Under the pieces are notes generated by a model, which saw only the letters and a program-made list of their open reading frames with translations, had not been told where the DNA came from and made no database searches. The position numbers were made by a program, and so were the translations under genes. This document shows positions 60,126-64,000 of a DNA stretch of 64,000 bases, piece after piece (the stretch's first letter is position 1; each line of letters begins with the position of its first letter). The stretch covers positions 212,784,001 through 212,848,000 of the forward strand of contig OX597815.1 in assembly GCA_951406725.2 (NCBI GenBank). Reading direction: 5' to 3'. Origin of the DNA: Octopus vulgaris (lineage: Eukaryota).

Positions 60126-63100
60126 ATAGAAATGGTAAGACAACAAAAGAATGAAAGAGACCTCGATATTATGTAAATAGAGGAATTTATCTGTGAATGT
60201 AATATGTGACAATTATGAAGTTATAGAAACAAAAGCATGAGTCCTTAGGTGCAATCCTGCGTAGATCCATGTGGGTTAAAATCCTGATGTAGTAGACATC
60301 CCCAGAAAAAAGACAGGAACATATCAACAGAATGGTAGTGGGAATGGCTATTAAGAGTAAAAGGAAAGAAAAGAAAATGAGTAGAAAGATCGGTGGATAG
60401 AGTGAGGCAGTGGATTTTAACGATTGGCTATAGGATAAAGTAAGGTTCATAGGTGTATGGTGTCTAAGAATTGTGTACAGGGTAGCTGAAAAGATAAGAG
60501 AGATGATGAGGAGGTGGAGGAAGACAGGGTTAAGGAATAGAGCAAAATGAAAGGAATTTAGAGAGAGTAGTAGATGTGTGTGGTAGTCTTAAAGTCCAAA
60601 GTTGTTGGGAATGAAATTTAGTCGTACCTGCTGGTGTCCATTCTGGCAAAGGTCATTGACTGTAGAATTATTTTTAGCAATGGGGTTATGGATATGTAGG
60701 TAGTTGAGAATAGAAGAGCTAGTTGAATGTTAAATTATTTATGAGTGGGAATTAGAGTTAGGGGATTTATATAAGGGGATTTACTGGGTTAAGGTTTAAA
60801 AATATATTAAGGATAAATTAAAGAATTAATATTTATCTCATAGTGTGATGAGGTAAGGTAGATAGAAGAGAGGTAAGATATAAGGTAGAAATAAGAGTTA
60901 TAGAGATATAGAAGGGGTATGTGTTAATGATCATAGGGGTTTGTATGTGGGTGCTCTTCGTGGGAGGTGAGCTTACATTTAGATTTATGAAAGAATTTAA
61001 AAGTGCAGAAGAATTTGTGCTTGCATTTAGTGAAGGCCTCATTGTATTTATTAAGCAATCGTGGTGAGTTGTGGGTTAAAATTTTGATGGCTTCTTTTAA
61101 CCAGAGTCTGCAACTGGAGTGTTGGCCCTGATACGGGATACCCGAGTCTATTATAGCCCAGGAAAGTTTATACTGTATTTTTCTATTTATTAGATGGTGT
61201 ACATGGCTGGCTAGTGATGTGGAATTGCTATTCTCCTTATATTTTAACAAGTTTAAATGTGCATCATACTTTTGTTTAAAATTGGTGCTCGATCCAATGC
61301 AGTAGTTATTTACCATGTTGTGAACGGTGCATCAGTACATGACACAGAATCTTCTGCATTGGGCAATCTGTCCCAGATCTGAAGTTGCAGTTATCTGTTC
61401 TACGATGGTTAATTGGAGAGAGAGATGAGGTAGTGCTGGTAGTGACTAGGATGGTATTAGGTGAATCGATCATGATGCTGTTGTTATTATTGCTGTCGTT
61501 TCTAGTATTGATGTCAATGCCAGCATTACCATTATTATTATTATCATCATTATCATTATCAGCATCGCTGTTGTAATTATTATTACCATTACTAGTAGTA
61601 GTAGTAGTAGTGGTGGTGGTGTTAATAGTATTGGTAGTATTACTAGTAATATTAGTAGCAGCAGCTGCAGTAGTAGTATCCTTGGTAGTAGTGTTAGTAT
61701 TAGCAGTGGTATAGGAGGTGGTATTAGTGATGTTATTATTGCAGCTATTAATAGTTGTGTTTATGGTAGGAGTGTTAATAACTGTACTGTCTTCAGTAAT
61801 TGTAATATTGCCATTGGTGTCAGTATTAATATTATTGCTATTCCTATTAGTAGTTCAAGTATATGTATTATTAGTTGTAGTGGTTATAACATAATTAGCG
61901 TTGTTAGTATCAGTGTGCCTATTAGTGTTTGCATCGGTTTCAAGTTGCGCCCATTACCCTCAGAGGTGGGAATTATATTATGTATGTTTAAGTTGTTGAA
62001 AGTGGTCGGGCCAGGGGTATTAGATATGTTATTGCAATCAGTGAACGCGGCAAGCTGGCAGAATCGTTAGAACGCCGGGCGAAATGCCTAGCGGTATTTC
62101 GTCTGCCGCTACGTTCTGAGTTCAAATTCCACCGAGGTCGACTTTGCCTTTCATCCTTTCGGGGTCAATTAAATAAGTACCAGTTATGCACTGGGGTCGA
62201 TATAATCGACTTAATCCATTTGTCTGTCCTTGTTTGTCCTCTCTGTGTTTAGCCCCTTGTGGGTAGTAAAGAAATAGGTATTTCGTCTGCCGCTACGTTC
62301 TGAGTTCAAATTCCACCGAGGTCGACTTTGCCTTTCATCCTTTCGAGGTCAATTAAATAAATACCAATTATGCACTGGGGTCGATATAATCGACTTAATC
62401 CATTTGTCTGTCCTTGTTTGTCCCCTCTGTGTTTAGCCCCTTGTGGGTAGTAAAGAAATAGGTGTTAGTGTTTTCATTGTGTAGGTCCATGGTAGAGTTG
62501 TATGTATTTAGATAGTAAGAGCTAAGTTTATGTTTATTAGATGAGGTGATTATAGATTCTATATTTGGTGTAGATGAATAGGATAATTTCAAAGTGGGTC
62601 TGTTAAAGATAGAATCGTACTTATGGTTACGTGGGAAATTGGATTCTACTATTTTAAGGAAAGCTTTAGTGAGGCTCTTAACATTTAAAGCGAATGAAGG
62701 TGTATACCAGAGAATAGATCTCCTGCTGCTTTTATTATGCAAGTTAGGGGAGGTGTAATTCCTAGTGAATGTTAGAGGAGAGTTAGAAGATCTAATGTTT
62801 GTATTAGTGTTCGTAGATCGAGTGTTGTGCATGTGAGTGCTAGGTGGGCGAGACTGTCTGATCGTTGTAGGGGGGATTGGATTTCCAATATTTGTGCGCA
62901 TTTGTCTAGAACTAAGTTTCGAGAGGCGTACCTTAAGTCTAGTGTTGGGTATAAATCTAATCTTCTGGGAGAAACTAGCAGCTAGAGCTTGGTTATAGTA
63001 ATTGGTGTAGTTATTGAAGATTTCCTCATTGGTGGATAGATCGGATATTCTGATGGACATGCCTTTGATTATGCTCTTGAAAGTAGATTTAGGGTGGCTA

Positions 63101-63500
63101 GATTCTGTGTTGATATATTTAAGGTATTGATTGGGTTTATGATATGGGAAGTATAGGGAAGAGTTTAAGTCTAAAGTAACATCTAGAAAATTTGCTGTCC
63201 TGTAAGAGTTTTTGAAAGACATAGATAGGTTAAGGTTGGCGATGAATTTATGTAAGTGTTTTTCTAGATTTTTCTAATGCAGATTTTGTTAGGCTGGTTG
63301 TAATTAACCATGCATCATCCCTGTATAAACTTCCTTTGATATGGGGTAATTGTGTATGGAGCTGTTGAAGGAGGTACAATCCGACTAGATCTGTAACCTG
63401 AGTGGAGTTAGATGAACCCATGGTTATATCAAGGAAGTTGCTTCTGTTAGTATTGAGATTAGCTGGGTCCAAAGCTTTTTATCAAAGGATATGAGGGTCT
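60124..63500 (-). mobile_element. Degenerate Penelope-like retroelement (Naiad-type): RT thumb, long linker, GIY-YIG endonuclease, long 3' region
   Basis: RT motifs MGS...DLVGLYLL, LYRDD and NFLDVTLDL...PYHKPN...YINTESSHP, followed by ILWYTPSF and IFNRPTLKLSYS. Endonuclease C-N-x-R...CP, Y..TV...IGSS..FKQ...H, STSLASHV, CRLWLKE...LLNK..E...CKH. Boundaries are approximate. Confidence 0.88.
62046..62463 (+). mobile_element. SINE family 2 dimer inserted into the Penelope-like element
   Basis: Same internal junction as 52071-52490, at about 62278. Confidence 0.88.
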
Positions 63501-64000
63501 GCCTGGCAGATAGAATCACATAAATTTCTTATGTTAACTCCCACTGTATCTCCCTTTTATTCCCTCTCTCCCCCTATACAACGTAAAGCATGACTGGAGA
63601 GATCAACCAACATATATAATTACATAGAGATTACTCATTAAATTAGTAAAAATGTATGACAGTCATTGTTGATGTTTTAACATTTGTTGTGCCAAATTAA
63701 AAAAGTAGGATAAAAAAGCAGGATACAATAACACAACCTTAATTATCTGATTATCTTAATTATCTATGGGAATGGGAACCAATTGAATCAACTATTACTT
63801 CACTTTGTTTTTTCCAACTGTGGAGAGATGAAAGACAAAGTTAACCTTGAAAGGTTTTGAACTCAGATGCAAAGGGCCGAAATTAAATGCTACAAGGCAC
63901 TTTGTCCAACTCTCTCATGATTCTGTCAGTCTATCTTCTAGAAAAAGCAGTGATATTTATTTAATAATCTATTTAATAAGAACTCTTTAAAATATTAAAA

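Noticed and set aside
61325-61345. In-frame TGA in the PLE endonuclease as selenocysteine (some Naiads are selenoproteins)
   Set aside because: The TGA falls at the variable position of Y-x-C-T-V rather than at a conserved Cys, is explicable as CGA>TGA decay, and the copy has other frameshifts. No SECIS was identified.
62395-62463. C-terminal tail of the 275-aa ORF as part of the PLE protein
   Set aside because: It reads into the antisense strand of an inserted SINE.

Overview
AT-rich, microsatellite- and SINE-dense eukaryotic DNA; the repeat content suggests an octopus/coleoid cephalopod (inference). I reconstructed three complete spliced genes by hand. A glutaredoxin-like C5orf63/YDR286C homolog (minus, 2 coding exons, 111 aa) lies head-to-head, 155 bp apart, with the cytosolic Fe-S assembly factor NUBP1/Nbp35 (plus, only 2 coding exons, 324 aa). 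Tubulin-folding cofactor A, TBCA (minus, 4 exons, 110 aa), is convergent with NUBP1. The first coding exon of a myosin-motor gene is at 55183. The rest is mostly mobile DNA: mariners, maT/Tc1-like remnants, piggyBac-, hAT- and Merlin-like MITEs, non-autonomous Helitrons, CR1/L2-type LINEs, Naiad-type Penelope-like elements (PLEs), several tRNA-derived SINE families and a 49-bp minisatellite. The most notable unexplained signal is a cluster of six Penelope-type hammerhead ribozyme motifs within about 3.1 kb around the C5orf63/NUBP1 bidirectional promoter. One sits inside a tRNA-headed SINE-like unit. The copies with an intact core lie antisense to the host pre-mRNA and the damaged copies lie sense. 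Most ORFs in the supplied track are microsatellite or SINE artefacts. No database searches or folding programs were run; family names rest on recalled motifs.
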